A stretch of DNA of 64,000 nt from Phoronis australis (GCA_002633005.1 NMRA01000117.1:500617-564616), one strand, 5' to 3'; numbered from the stretch's first letter, positions 27,800 through 41,100 are shown. Notes: a model not told the origin generated them from the sequence alone. Program-made: numbers and translations.

Positions 27800-29899
27800 A
27801 TATATATTTCTGAGATATGATGTTTGTTGTAATCACCTCAGTGTCTTGTACGTTATTCGGGTACCATGGGGCTACACCATACTTACTCGGCCACTTTTTG
27901 TTATGTTAATGCCTCATTTTGTTCATCAACATTAACCTCTACTGATCTTGGAGTTCAATGAACTATCGATTGCATTAGTCACCTGTTCAAACAAATGTTC
28001 ATGTAAGCTAGATTTATTAACACCCTGTGTCTGAAAGTCCTCAGGTTCAGTAGTAGCACTGCTGATACAGGTCAATAGGGCAAGTTGTGGGACGACATTA
28101 CAGGAAGGGTCAAGAGGCTTAACAATTTTTTTGGTGTTTTTTTGGAAAGCGAGTGCAGAAATACTGTGTGACAAATTAACCAATGCCATTTGAAAGGGGT
28201 AAGCCTTTGTCTACAGAATTTGATCAACTTCTTTGTTTTGTGATTTACAATAATGGCAGGTGTTTTGAAAATGTTGACATCATTTGAAACTTGGCTCATT
28301 TCAGGGTGGCACCTTGTACTTTGTTTATAAATTTGTGTGCAATTCCCAGCTATGGTCAAGGGGCCAGAATCTACAGGCATGTTGTGTGGAGTAGAGTGGG
28401 ATAAATTCATGTATCCTGGACTATAAGTTTGGCTTCAGAAATATGATAAACTTAACCAAAATAGATTCATTAGGTTTTGTTTCTTTGGTATACGTTGAAT
28501 AGTTTTGATAAATAACTTTTTCTACACCGGTGGGTAACTGACCTGCGAGTTTTATGGGGGACAAAGAAGCACCGAAATGCTTAAGAATGAACATGTACTT
28601 GGCTCTTAATTTAGAAACTGCTGTCATTTGCAGAAACCACCTGGGACTGAGGTTTTAGTAATGTGTATACTTGTATAGTGTTGATGTATAGATAGCAACG
28701 GAATGGTTGTCCATAGTTCCCATATTCGTGTCGCCTTGTTTAGCCCAAAAATAACGTCACTAGGACTTTACATCTGTAATATGTGGTATGGATAAAACTT
28801 ATTCAAAATGTTATCTATATTGTTAAAACTAACTTATCAATCACGTCTGTGAAGAGTAAGTTGATAAGTCCAGAATAGGCATGATGAAGAAATGACGAAT
28901 CAGATATTAGATTCAGAGGAGCTGTGAAAATGCTAGCAATTTCATTGGCTGAAATAATAGTAAAAACGGTAGCCAGATAAGCTATCGGCGAGGGGTCATT
29001 TTCACCTGCTGTTAGTTTGTTTTCTCACTACCCGAATCACTTTTCGCTCACTTTTTGTCTCTGTGATGATAAAACAAAGGCCTCTTATCAATGTGCCTTT
29101 GTATCCTTTGAAGCAGTCCAGTTACAAAAGTGCTAACGAAAACACCAGTTGTTTTAGGTAACTCATACTTCCAGCCAAGTACCATTAAGAGTGACCCTGG
29201 CGACTGTTCACATTAATGGGGTTTGTGGTGCTAGCGAAAAAATGCCATGTGAACCAGGTAAGAGAACCTGAATTTACGAGGTCACAGTTCACAAAGCGTA
29301 TGTCCGTGTTTTTGCTTGTGAAGAGCTGTCTTTTGTAGGAAAAAACAACATGTTCAAAGTGCCCTATTGCCAATAATTAGCAAACTTCAGGGACCAAGTT
29401 GGTGTCATTCTGTAGGTTAAGACTTCAACTTTATGTTACGAAATGGCTAAATTGTTGAAAACTTGATCAGTTTGCTTTTGATTCACATTTGAAAATCCAT
29501 TAAAATATCTGAAAATAGTTGTTCCTTCCTGGTAATGTCTTCCTACTGGTAGAGATGTGTACAGTTTCAACATATGCACTATTTGTAGGTATTGTATGCA
29601 AGGTAAATAATCAAGTTTTCCAATAGAGCAATTAAGTTACGGATAGCACATGCAAGTTAAAGTCATGTGGCTTGGCTATCCTTCCGCCTAATATACGTAC
29701 ATTGAGGATTCAGATTTCAACTTTGAAGGGTGTCTAATAAAGATTTTCTCTCTTTTGTGGACAACGGTATAGTAATTACATTAAAATCTGCCCTTACATT
29801 TGGCAGTGGAACTGAATCACTTCTACACAAGTCTTTGAGGAATGTGGCTAGCAGGTCTCCAAAGTTGGTATGAATAAACCATCAAACAGATGATAGTGG

Positions 29900-30312
29900 T
29901 ATGAATGTTCATTGCTGAAACCATGAAATAATGATTGTTACCAATCAGTGACCTAATTTTACTTTAGAGCAAAGCTTTCGAGCCCATCTTGGGCTCTTTG
30001 TCATTGGGGGTCGCCTGGTGGTTGTCCAACTCCACCTGATGACTGTCACTTGAGAGGAGGTATTGGGAACCCTACAACCATGGGGGAACACCAAATAGAT
30101 GCAACACAGTTGAGGTATTAGCTAGGCAGGGTCAGTACGAGTTTCCAGCCATTTACCAACGACTCCTCTCACATGGCAGCCACCAGGCACCATCCATAAG
30201 TGACCACGTGATCCAGAGGTCACTGTGCCCTGGCGTAGAGCACAAAAGTGAGTTCGAAAGCTAGGCTCTTGAGTAAAACCAGGCCACTGATAGATAATAA
30301 TAAGTTTAATCA
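29900..30312. mobile_element. Penelope-like element relic: two inverted 3' ends with decayed hammerhead-like motifs
   Basis: Plus arm translates GQYEFPAIYQRLLS, resembling a GIY-YIG C-terminus. Both arms share gagc..gctcgaaagct..gctct..agtaaaa..agg.cactgat. Confidence 0.6.
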
Positions 30313-31279
30313 AACAGTAAGATCATCGTTTTCGCTTTAGTCTCGAAAGTGACATTATCTGAGGTATGCTGTACATATAGACTAGATCTACAGGTCAAAC
30401 AGGCACAGGTTTGGATTATATACTTGGTATGAGGAAAAAGTGGATAAATAAGGCCAATTTTAAAATATTGTTTGCTTCCATTTGTCCATCTTCACTGCTC
30501 TTAGATGGCTTAGTTCATCTGCAACACCTCGGGTATTTTTGTAATCTCAAATTATTGAATGGAGATGTTTCATACCTCCACATGTCACAAGCAGCAGTCC
30601 TATGCAGCATAATTCTCAGTTAAAATGAACCACCTAGGGATAATTTGAGGTGAAAAAAGTACCTGAGCTATTTCAATGTGTTAGGTTGGTAGGTAGAATA
30701 TTTTAGTCCCTCACATATTGCGGTCCATCACGTGAGGGGAAGCAGACATAATTTTAATTCACAACTAATAAGAATTGGTGCTTTGCTGATAAATAGCATC
30801 TAGTTGAGGAAAAAGAAAATTAGATGTTCAGTATTGTGCATTGACTACCTCATCTAACCTGATGTTAAGTTGTAGCCAGTTGTTTACCATTGTTAAGGAG
30901 CCATGTTTCTCAGTGATGTTGATTGATCTTGAAGAAATATACATTTATGCTGGGTTTAATTCTTTGTTTGAGTTTTTAAAAACAAATTGACTAGTCAATC
31001 AGGCTGCTGTACAGTTTGTTCAATTTTACATATTATAGCTCTTCAGTTCCACACTTAAAACATGGATTGGACAAAAAACTTCAGGAAAACTATGTAATAC
31101 AGAATGCAGTGCAGAACGTCTACATTGGTTCACTACAAACATATAGCTACTAGGAGAGTTCATTATCTTTATGACTTGCATTAGGGGACTCGGAATGCAA
31201 TCATCTCCATACTGCATACACATTTTCATGGAATATCGTTCAATACGTTAAGCAGATAGAGAAGCAGACAATAAAATGT

Positions 31280-31802
31280 AGGCCAAACTTGCCACTAAGA
31301 GGTACAGTACAAGGTTAATCGACACAAAAATAGGAAGGGTGGTTTTTGACTCCTTAAAAGAAACACATGTGCGAAATTTCATGAATTACCATTGAATAAC
31401 TTCGAAGACAAAAGAGGCACTCTAAAAAAGTGCCACAAGGCAGCACAGCAGTTGTTGGATCTGTGTCAAACTTCACATCACCTGTCGCACTCTCATTAGA
31501 AAAGTTCTGACCAGTTTTCATCTTTGAATTCATTATGCAGATGGCGAAGCAGACGCCAAAAATAAAAATGATGGGGGGTTGCAGCAGTTTTTAACTCTGT
31601 CGGAATATTTATGAGTAGCATCGTCTCCTTGATAAGAACACTAAAATTTTAGAAAAAATACAAAGTGATTTTGAGGTAAAAGGAAAAACAAAATTGTCAA
31701 TAGGTGGCACTGCAGTAGCCAGATTCATACCAAAGTCGTAAGCTTCATAGGAACACACCTGCCATATTTTATGAAAATCCCGCAAGAGGTTTAGGAAACA
31801 CA
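31280..31802 (-). mobile_element. Old degenerate fragment related to the HINE core repeats
   Basis: Reverse complement reads cctaaacc...ggattttcataaaatatggca...gtgccacctattgacaatttt, resembling the core subunit. Confidence 0.45.
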
Positions 31803-33100
31803 GCAGTGAACACCATACAAACATGATGGCAATGTGCAGTGAACACCATACAAACATGATGGCAATGTGCAGTGAACACCATACAAACACGATGGCAATG
31901 TGCAGTGAACACCATACAAACATGATGGCAATGTGCAGTGAACACCATACAAACATGATGGCAATGTGCAGTGAACACCATACAAACATGATGGCAATGT
32001 GCAGTGAACACCATACAAACATGATGGCAATGTGCAGTGAACACCATACAAACATGATGGCAATGTGCAGTGAACACCATACAAACATGATGGCAATGTG
32101 CAGTGAACACCATACAAACATGATGGCAATGTGCAGTGAACACCATACAAACATGATGGCAATGTGCAGTGAACACCATACAAACATGATGGCAATGTGC
32201 AGTGAACACCATACAAACATGATGGCAATGTGCAGTGAACACCATACAAACATGATGGCAATGTGCAGTGAACACCATACAAACATGATGGCAATGTGCA
32301 GTGAACACCATACAAACATGATGGCAATGTGCAGTGAACACCATACAAACATGATGGCAATGTGCAGTGAACACCATACAAACATGATGGCAATGTGCAG
32401 TGAACACCATACAAACATGATGGCAATGTGCAGTGAACACCATACAAACATGATGGCAATGTGCAGTGAACACCATACAAACATGATGGCAATGTGCAGT
32501 GAACACCATACAAACATGATGGCAATGTGCAGTGAACACCATACAAACATGATGGCAATGTGCAGTGAACACCATACAAACATGATGGCAATGTGCAGTG
32601 AACACCATACAAACATGATGGCAATGTGCAGTGAACACCATACAAACATGATGGCAATGTGCAGTGAACACCATACAAACATGATGGCAATGTGCAGTGA
32701 ACACCATACAAACATGATGGCAATGTGCAGTGAACACCATACAAACATGATGGCAATGTGCAGTGAACACCATACAAACATGATGGCAATGTGCAGTGAA
32801 CACCATACAAACATGATGGCAATGTGCAGTGAACACCATACAAACATGATGGCAATGTGCAGTGAACACCATACAAACATGATGGCAATGTGCAGTGAAC
32901 ACCATACAAACATGATGGCAATGTGCAGTGAACACCATACAAACATGATGGCAATGTGCAGTGAACACCATACAAACATGATGGCAATGTGCAGTGAACA
33001 CCATACAAACATGATGGCAATGTGCAGTGAACACCATACAAACATGATGGCAATGTGCAGTGAACACCATACAAACATGATGGCAATGTGCAGTGAACAC
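31803..33100. repeat. Near-perfect 33-bp minisatellite, ~39 copies, ending at an n gap
   Basis: Unit gcagtgaacaccatacaaacatgatggcaatgt. Confidence 0.98.
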
Positions 33101-33101
33101 N

Positions 33102-33205
33102 CACTTAAACTGAGGATAACGATGGCCAGCTACTACCATGCACTTAAACTGAGGTTAACGATGGCCAGCTACTACCATGCACTTAAACGGAGGTTAACGA
33201 TGGTT
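33102..33205. repeat. 39-bp tandem repeat, ~2.6 copies
   Basis: Unit cacttaaactgaggttaacgatggccagctactaccatg. Confidence 0.85.
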
Positions 33206-33320
33206 GTGTGAGGTCGAACCAGTTTGGCTAGACTGAGTAGGTGAGGCCTTGAAAAGCATTTATTAACAGTGTTCAAATGAAAACAAACGACTAGTTTCTC
33301 ATGGGTCCAATTACAGTTAT

Positions 33321-33698
33321 TTATAGCCAAACACTTTCTATACATGATGTTACACACTTCATAGAATCACTACTTTTTGAATCATTGATTACGGTAGCTA
33401 AAAGACTACTAACCTCCTGAGGCCAAAATCTTACGCTTTGTAAAAGGTCTGTTAATGGCTTGGAGTAACCAGATAGTACACTGTCGATAGAAACACTGAC
33501 ATTAATTATAAATCCCTTATCGACATCTAGTTCTATGTAGACCTCAGATAGCTTTCCATCAAAATATTTAGAGAGACTTCTTGAAACAGAAAACTTAGGT
33601 GTTTTTCCATAGATCCATTGCCAACTTTTGAGTTCACTGTAAAATTTATCAATTCCTGGAAAGAGGGCGCTGTTGCTTGGATCCACTACAATGCAATC
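33321..33698 (-). CDS. LIPT1: LIPT1 last coding exon
   Basis: ttgcag|DCIVVDP...ELKSWQWIYGKTPKF...stop; AATAAA on the minus strand at 33259-33264. Confidence 0.9.
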   Translation of the reverse strand, partial: DCIVVDPSNSALFPGIDKFYSELKSWQWIYGKTPKFSVSRSLSKYFDGKLSEVYIELDVDKGFIINVSVSIDSVLSGYSKPLTDLLQSVRFWPQEVSSLLATVINDSKSSDSMKCVTSCIESVWL

Positions 33699-35891
33699 CT
33701 GCAATTTATTAAAAGTAGAACATAAGTTACATAAAATGGATATCACAAGATTCAAATGTTGATAAAAAACATGGATGCTTATCAGTAATGTAAACCAGTA
33801 GTTTCCTCATTAAATACAGATTTGACTAAACAATTTTTGTACAGAATATCAATTTTGACAAAAGATAAGAATAAGGTTACATTGTTTTTGGAAAACGCGC
33901 TTCTCAAAAAGTCTTTGAATCCAGGTGCTTTAGAGATACATTCTCATTTGCTTCAAATCTACTGATGAGATATATTTTTAGAAATTTTCAGTATCTAAAG
34001 TTGAAGAATTTTTAGTTATTTTGAAATTCTGTATCAACAGTGCCAGGACAAAAAGGCTGTGTGTTGTAAAGTACAAGCAGGTGTACATAGAACATGCCCT
34101 ACAGCAGGATAACCACCTAGGACATGCCCTACAGCAGGATATCCACCTAGGACATGCCCTACAGCAGGATAACCACCTAGGACATGCCCTACAGCAGGAT
34201 AACCACCTAGGACATGCCCTACAGCAGGATAACCACCTAGGACATGCCCTACAGCAGGATAACCACATAGGACATGCCCAACAGCAGGATAACCACCTAC
34301 ATTAAAACAATTTTGTGCATCTTACTGAGTCCAAGTTTCCTCGCTTCAAATAAGTATCAGAAATACTTTCAATCAAGCCATTTATTTCCATGTGAGGATG
34401 ACCTTCTTGGAGATTCTTAACTTTAGATCGAACACTGTCTGTTGCATTGGATTTCAGTCCTTCCTAAAAGACAAACAAACATGTAGTAACCATTGACTTG
34501 GAGCTTGAATAAAATTGCTGGTTAGTAATATAAGTCTGAGATCAACCAAGACAGAATGGTGCGTCTGCGTGTCACAACATATCAGTGCACTCAATTGCAC
34601 ATTAAAATAAAGACGCCTGTCACATATCTAGCAAGGTTATGCAAGTTCAGAGTAGAACTTCAGAAATTATTAAACAAAATAGCCTTATTATTCAGCTTGA
34701 ATAGCATGTTGATTTTAGTGAAACTGGTGGTTATAGCAACTGACGTCTAGTGACACACGAGCAGAAACAATCACTGAGACACTGAGAACAGTTGAGTTTA
34801 TGTTTCAGCAGGTATATCCTAACAAAACAGACAGGCTTTATATTCAACCATGGAACCTGCTTCTTAATAGCAACTTCAAGCGGCTGACAAAAATGAAAAT
34901 AACTTTACCATAGATGGAGAGAGGTAAGCTGACAGTTTCTCTGTGTTCATGTTGACCAGTAATGTAAAGTGATGATAGGCCACCTTAGTTAACCTAGCTG
35001 CAGTTCCTGATACCTGGAAAATTTTTAAGCAAAAAGAGATCAGATAAACTTGACATCCTACTTCAAATGCCATTAAATTACACACTTCAATCAAATGACT
35101 GAACTAAACCAAACCAGGAATGGCATCTTGGCATTGACAAAACCGACAAGTGTTTTGGCCAATTCAAAAAAGTATACTGTCTAGTAGAGCTGTTAAGGTT
35201 CATAGGAAATTTTCCACTGTTTCATCATAGACTTTTGCTCAAGAGGTGAGGCCATCCTGAAAAAATCCTGAAACTGCAATGTACAACCAACAAAACCAAC
35301 TTAGAAGAATGCAACTAAACATACACATGATACCTTGTATTGATTATCCAGAATAATATCATCTCTATCATTAACGTCAACGTGCACTCCATACTTAGAC
35401 TTCAACACACTAGCAACAAAGTTCAGATTCTTGCTCCTGTTGTAGTTGGCTTTACTTGTGAAAAATGACAAGTTCAAGTTGCCTCTATCATGATACACAC
35501 AGCCTCCTCCAGACCGCCTTCTGGCAATGGGAACATTGTCTTTCAGCAAGAGCGGTATGTTGCACTCAGTCCATGGGTTTTGATGTCGTCCTATCACCAC
35601 ACAGTCTGTATTTCTCCACAAAAGGAGAATGTTCATCTGTTCTAAGTCAACATGCTTTTCAATCCAGTCTTCAAGAGCAAGGTTTAAATAGATATTGTCA
35701 CTTGAAGAAATATACACATGGTATTCCGAGTCGGCTGACCTTGTAGAAGTCTTTATTCCAATTTTAGCCACGTGGCTCGTTGCTATATATCGCCATGTGG
35801 AATGCGCTGTCAGTGAATCAACATGTAGGAGATGGGGCACAAGTGTCCGGCATTGGTAACCTATTCGTGTTAGCTTTATCAATGATTTCAT
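33321..35891 (-). CDS. LIPT1: Lipoyltransferase 1, mitochondrial; join of 35891..35334, 35013..34909, 34463..34326, 33698..33321; 392 aa
   Basis: Motifs NLALEDW, LWRNxxCVVIGRHQNPW, RRRSGGGCVYHDxGNLN, K|VSGTA, YHHFTLL, SNATxSVRS, WxWIYGKTPKF. Basic N-terminus resembles a mitochondrial presequence. All three coding introns are GT-AG, phase 0. Confidence 0.95.
34092..34299. repeat. 30-bp minisatellite, ~7 copies, in LIPT1 intron
   Basis: Unit acatgccctacagcaggataaccacctagg. Confidence 0.95.
34326..34463 (-). CDS. LIPT1: LIPT1 coding exon 3
   Basis: ttttag|EGLKSNATDSVRSKVKNL...NLDS|gtaaga. Confidence 0.9.
34909..35013 (-). CDS. LIPT1: LIPT1 coding exon 2
   Basis: ttccag|VSGTAARLTKVAYHHFTLL...SPSM|gtaaag. 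Confidence 0.92.
35334..35891 (-). CDS. LIPT1: LIPT1 coding exon 1
   Basis: ATG at 35891 after acceptor ttgcag|; ends YK|gtatca. A probable 60-nt 5'UTR intron lies at 35898..35957. Confidence 0.92.
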
Positions 35892-36059
35892 GTTGAGCTG
35901 CAAAAGGAACAAAGATTGGTGACATATCTAATACAATATATCAACCAGGAGACTTACCAATAGTTACATTTGACGATGATGTACAACAATCCAGTGTCGG
36001 ATTATTTTGTGGGTAGTTTGACTATAATCAAGTAAACACAAGGCGAGGATGAGAAAGTG

Positions 36060-36120
36060 ATCGTTTATTCGACTTCCGGCGATAAGAAACGGGAATGCCG
36101 CGAGCGTCACCTAGTGGTGA
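36060..36120 (-). promoter_or_regulatory. Candidate LIPT1 proximal promoter (ETS/GABP-like ACTTCCGG and CTCF-like CCACTAGGTGACGC)
   Basis: CpG-rich patch just upstream of the LIPT1 5'UTR exon. Motif match only. Confidence 0.4.
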
Positions 36121-38047
36121 ACATAGATAATACAACATCCAGTGCATACCTACCAACTAGCAGAGTTACATTTGACATCGGATGTCTTTTGAAGTTACAG
36201 TGTTAAATCTGCAATAAGCATAAAGGCCTCTGTTCATCACACACCTACAGGCAAGTGTTTTTTTGAACAATTGTGCGGTTAAGATGGTAGACATTGACGC
36301 CAGAGATTCAGGCTGAAGTCACAGCAGCACCAAGATGATTTTTTACCATAGAACTTATATTCCAGCACTGACATGTTTCAAGAATACAATGAGAGTATTT
36401 CCTAACGTAGTCTGTATATTATTCACGATATTTCGCACACCCCGAATACTGAGAACACACATTTGATGTATTTTGAGCAAGATAAGTGGAGAATTACTGT
36501 GTGAGACAACTTTGTTCATTTTATAAGCAGGTGTGCAAAATTGAGGAGTCTATCCTCTTCCTATGTTTCCTCATTTTATTAACATGGTTAGTAGTCAGTC
36601 TAGTGGTCAAGTTGTCTTAACATGATTAGTGGTCAGTCTAGTAGTCAAGTTGTCTTAACCATGTAAAATTTGTACTCTAACTATGATCTGAAGCTTGAAT
36701 GCTTTTTGTATACCCTACGTTAACTAGCAACATGCACTTTTATATAACCTCAAAACAAGAATGAACTGATATCCCAAGATTCACAAGAATTTCATGCCCA
36801 TGATGGCTGGACTTCGATCTAATTGCGTAAGTAATAAAGTAAGTAAAATGTTCACCAATCAAAGCCTTTACTTGGAGGAAAATTCCCTTCAAAGTCTGTT
36901 AAACAGGCAAGCATGACCTATGCTTTTAGCTAATTACAATGCAACTATGGAGGAAGACCACCCACCAAGAACCATAATACCCAGTCTGTGACATTGTGAG
37001 CGAGTTTTTGTGTGTTTTTAGGTGATTGCTGCTTTAATCTTTCAATATTGACACCAATGATGCATTAGAAGGTTACAGAAAGAGGATTGGATGAAATCAT
37101 AAAAACAGGGTTTAGACTTTTGTTAGTAACCTGTTAATGAGATATTGAGTGGCGCCCTCAACATTTTGCGACCGAATATCGGCCCCATTCCCCTCAGAAA
37201 AATACTAAAAAATCACGCGAAATTCCCCTCGTGAGGCCCAAAATTACCCTCAAGGGATTGCAAAATTACCCTCGAGGTTTGAATCATTTGTAACTCACAC
37301 AGGTGACAATTTAAAAGAGTGCAAAATGTTAGTTTTCCTTATCTGAGGCAGAGCCTATGGGCTATGAGCATGAGGACTTGCAACAGGATGAGGGTTCTAT
37401 TGATGGAGACCAGGAGGTAGAATTTTCCCCTCACCACAAAAAAATACTCTCTCAGAAGGCACATTCACATTTTTTCTCGGATAAACAAGTGCAAGTACGC
37501 TTGCCGGTTTTATGGGGGTCGCTGGTTCGATTCCCGGGTCGGATAATCTCGGCTATTACTACACCAAAAATACGCCCGGGCGGTATAGTCGGTAGGGTAC
37601 GCCTATTTCCCCAAATTCCCGGTATAACTACATTTTTCATACTTTTTCAAATCTTACCAGTTCATTGCAGCACACAACAGCCAAGAGTTCTATGATTGCA
37701 GCAAGAGTATGCAAACACTTATAATGGGCAAAACTTGGACCAGGAAAGTGATGTTCGTGGAGGCTGCCATTATAGCATAAATAGCCAACACACTGAATTT
37801 TTGACGTAAGTTTCTGTCCAATTAAATCAAACATTAAAACTTAAAATAATAAAAATTGTATTAATTTATAATATAAAAAGTTTTTAATTAAAAAAAGTTA
37901 TATATATTGTGAAATAAATTAATACTTTTTGGCATTACAAAACATATTTTTTATGATAGTGAAAGAGCATGTGCACTTCATTTCCGTCTGTGTGTCTCCC
38001 GGTAGCTTGATTGCTCTTTTACAAACTTGTTCATTTTAGCTCTTAAA

Positions 38048-38152
38048 ATGGACTTGAAACGAAAAGCAATGGAAGGGGCTTTGGTAGCCGTGAAGAGACC
38101 TAGGACAGATGTAGTTCATTACACTCGAAAAGAAAACCAGGCCCTAATGCAG
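38048..38152 (+). CDS. SNRNP40: SNRNP40 exon 1
   Basis: MDLKRKAMEGALVAVKRPR...Q|gtgatt. Confidence 0.85.
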
Positions 38153-41100
38153 GTGATTACAAATTTAGTTGAGGACAGTCCTTGGGTTTCGTGCCTGGTG
38201 AAAGCCGAATGGAATGGTACAGTAGGTAGTGGTATAGACGGTTCCACCGTCTCATCTGGCCACAAAAGAGACAGAAGCCTTCTCATAGGTCCTCCATACG
38301 CCAGAAGGTTTTGGTTTTGCGGCAAATTATGCCCCAACCTGATTAAATCATCAAAGTCATGTTCCTATGAGTACCGATTGCGCATGGCCATGGAGGGTAC
38401 TAGTATAATACTATATAGGACTATAGGAGGCCATTGATGTCTTTTAACTCTTCTCAGCTCGAATAAATACTCCCGCAATCAAACTTTTTTCAACAGTCCT
38501 TCGTTTAGTTCCCCAAATCGGCAACTGGCCATTTTTACATTGCTTGCACCAGGGGTGGTGACATCTTAATATATACCAGTGTGAAAATGGCTAGTTGCCA
38601 ATTTGGGCAACTCAACGAAAGACTGTAAAAGCTTGATTACGGGAATATCTGTTCCAGTTGGAAAGAACTAAATATATCAACATTTTCCTATGAGTGCAAA
38701 GGTAATTTTAGGAACATGACTTGGATGGATTAACGAGTGTGAGGCATAATTCCCTGAAAAGCGTCCGGCATATGGAGGGCCTATGGGATGGCCAGTGTCT
38801 CTAGCATGGCCACTTGAGATGTTGGTACTATCTAGCAGTGGTACAGGCTTGGTGGAAAGCTGTATAACTATGCAGCTTTGGAACGGTCTGGGTAAAAAGT
38901 GAGCTAAATAAAATCTTGGGCAAAGTTAATGTTAACACCATTCCTTGATTTGTTTAATTATTTAATTGCTTACTACTGCAAAAAGAATAGCCTAAGTCCA
39001 TTCTGCAGAAGCATTTAAGTTTGAGGAGCGATCAGACGCATCAACTTTGAGTGCCGTGAATTTGATATTGCATTATATCTCGACCAATCTCTGCTCAATC
39101 TGCTGTTCATGTTTCACAAGATTATACAGAGTTCGCAACAAATTACCAGAAGTGATTATTAGTAGTTTTGAGTATTTTACCTTCAGCAAACCAAAATTCT
39201 CAAGAAATTTTACATTGGCAAATTTATCATCATCTCCGAGAAGATGTTACTATATACCAAACTGAATATTAAGTAGATGGTGTGCATGCATGTCACGAGC
39301 GTATCGTTTAGAAATCTAGGTCTGACTTTTGTTACAAAAGCAGGGGAGCAATGTTAGAAAATGACGTTCATCAGATTATTTTCTTTAAACATCCGTATTG
39401 GACAAGGTTGGTGTCATTTGTAACAACTTGCACAATATTGGACGTGTTAGATGATGTACGGTAGTAAGTAAGTAAGTTGTTTATTTTACATCGATGTGAC
39501 AGTTTAACAAACAAAACAATAGCACAGATGTTAGTGACAGATAGAAAATGTGAAAGAATATACAAAATGTGAAAGAATATACAAAATGCTTATCACCTTG
39601 GTTCTTATTTCGCAAAAGGTCATGATTCTTGCGTTGCTGTATCTCATAGTTTTATTTGAACCCAAAGCAAAGTAACCCTCTGGCGCTTGTGTCACCAAAC
39701 TAAGCTTCTCTAACCGGCATGTGTCCACATAGTGTTAGAATGTTTGCTTAGGATACAGATTAGGTAACTTGGGTGCATTAGTGTTTTAATGCTAACTACA
39801 GCCATAGATTATGCTAATGAATTGTTTAGGGCTACCAAAGAACATCAAGTCTAGAAGCCCCCATTATGCTGCTCACGGGCCATGAGGGAGACATATTCAC
39901 TGCCAAATTTTCTCCTGATGGAAACTTCATAGCATCATCTGGATTTGACAGACTTATTTGTAAGTATAGTGTAATTAGAAGTGAGCTACCATACAATCTG
40001 ATGTCTTATACTGCTCATCACTAACAATGTATTTTCTTAAAGTCCCATACAGCACAATCTTTAATACCATTGTATTGATTCTTATTTGGTGGGGGGGGGA
40101 CCTTTTGATCTTGTTCTTTGGTACAACAAGTTAGTATTCCAGTTAGATATAATTCATCCACAAAATGAAGTTCATGGATTGCTTCAGCAGGAAAATTTAC
40201 GGCCATTTGAGTTTGAAGTTTGTGACTCACGGTAATTCCTAGAACGACTGTGAGATTTTAAATTTTCTTCCACTTTGTCTGTCACATTATCACAACATAT
40301 ATGCCATTTGAAAACCGCTGTTGACTGTGGGTCATATCATTCTGATTCAGGGCCCGGTCTCCAATCTCCGTACTCAGACTCATACTCATACTCGAGATTT
40401 CATACTCAAAATCGTGCTCACTGGAGTCGTACTCAAAAAAGCGTATCTAATGTCGTATTTCGAGTAGACTCCAAACGTACTCAAATCTGACACTCATACT
40501 CGAGTTGCTATGGAACTCTTTATGATGTGAAATGCAAAATCACGCAAAGCCGCGCTGATTCATCGCTCCTTATTGGAATAGACCACCTCAAAAACTAGGC
40601 CTACATTATCGTGTGCTGTCGCTACAACTACAAGAGTATGTCTATAACGTGGAATTCTGAGTGTTCTGTAACTGTTATTCATTTTTTAGTTTCAATAAAT
40701 ATTCTTATGCCATTTCTTTGATACATTTGGCAGTTATTAAGCTTTACTTCTTGAGTTCCTCACCCAGTCCCGAAAATGTCTTAAGAAATATGTTACAGCT
40801 TATCACATCACATCTCTGTTGCTAAATTAGTCTTGACATAAAACCCATTGCTGTGTAGGCCTACGCTGATGTCAAACTTTGATACTGTATCTTTGTATTT
40901 TACCGGGATGTATCGAGTTGACATTTGGGCTCGTGAGTTAAAAAACAATACTAGTGTGCATGCATTCAGAGTTCACCAGTGGCAGTGAACGGCACGAGAC
41001 GTCTACTTAAAAGTCGGCAAACAAAATCTGGAATTCCATTTGGGGATTGAGGAATTATAGATGACTAAGTTATGACGAGAAATGTACCTGACAGGGAAGC

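Noticed and set aside
27932-28627. Cluster of short minus-strand ORFs, possibly an LTR-retrotransposon relic (similar impression at 61440-61900 and 57711-57896)
   Set aside because: No diagnostic protease, RT or integrase motif recognisable by eye; needs tBLASTx.
31609-33211. Four 437-489 aa repetitive ORFs; superficial CRISPR-like periodicity
   Set aside because: They result from a stop-free 33-bp tandem unit. There are no unique spacers or cas genes, and the context is eukaryotic.
37520-37552. GGTTCGATTCCC T-loop-like motif (similar ones near 6545, 44500 and 45230)
   Set aside because: No cloverleaf or acceptor stem; at most decayed SINE heads, not tRNA genes.
38153-38437. Extension of the 136-aa ORF beyond SNRNP40 exon 1
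   Set aside because: Read-through into intron and MITE sequence; homology resumes only at 39830.
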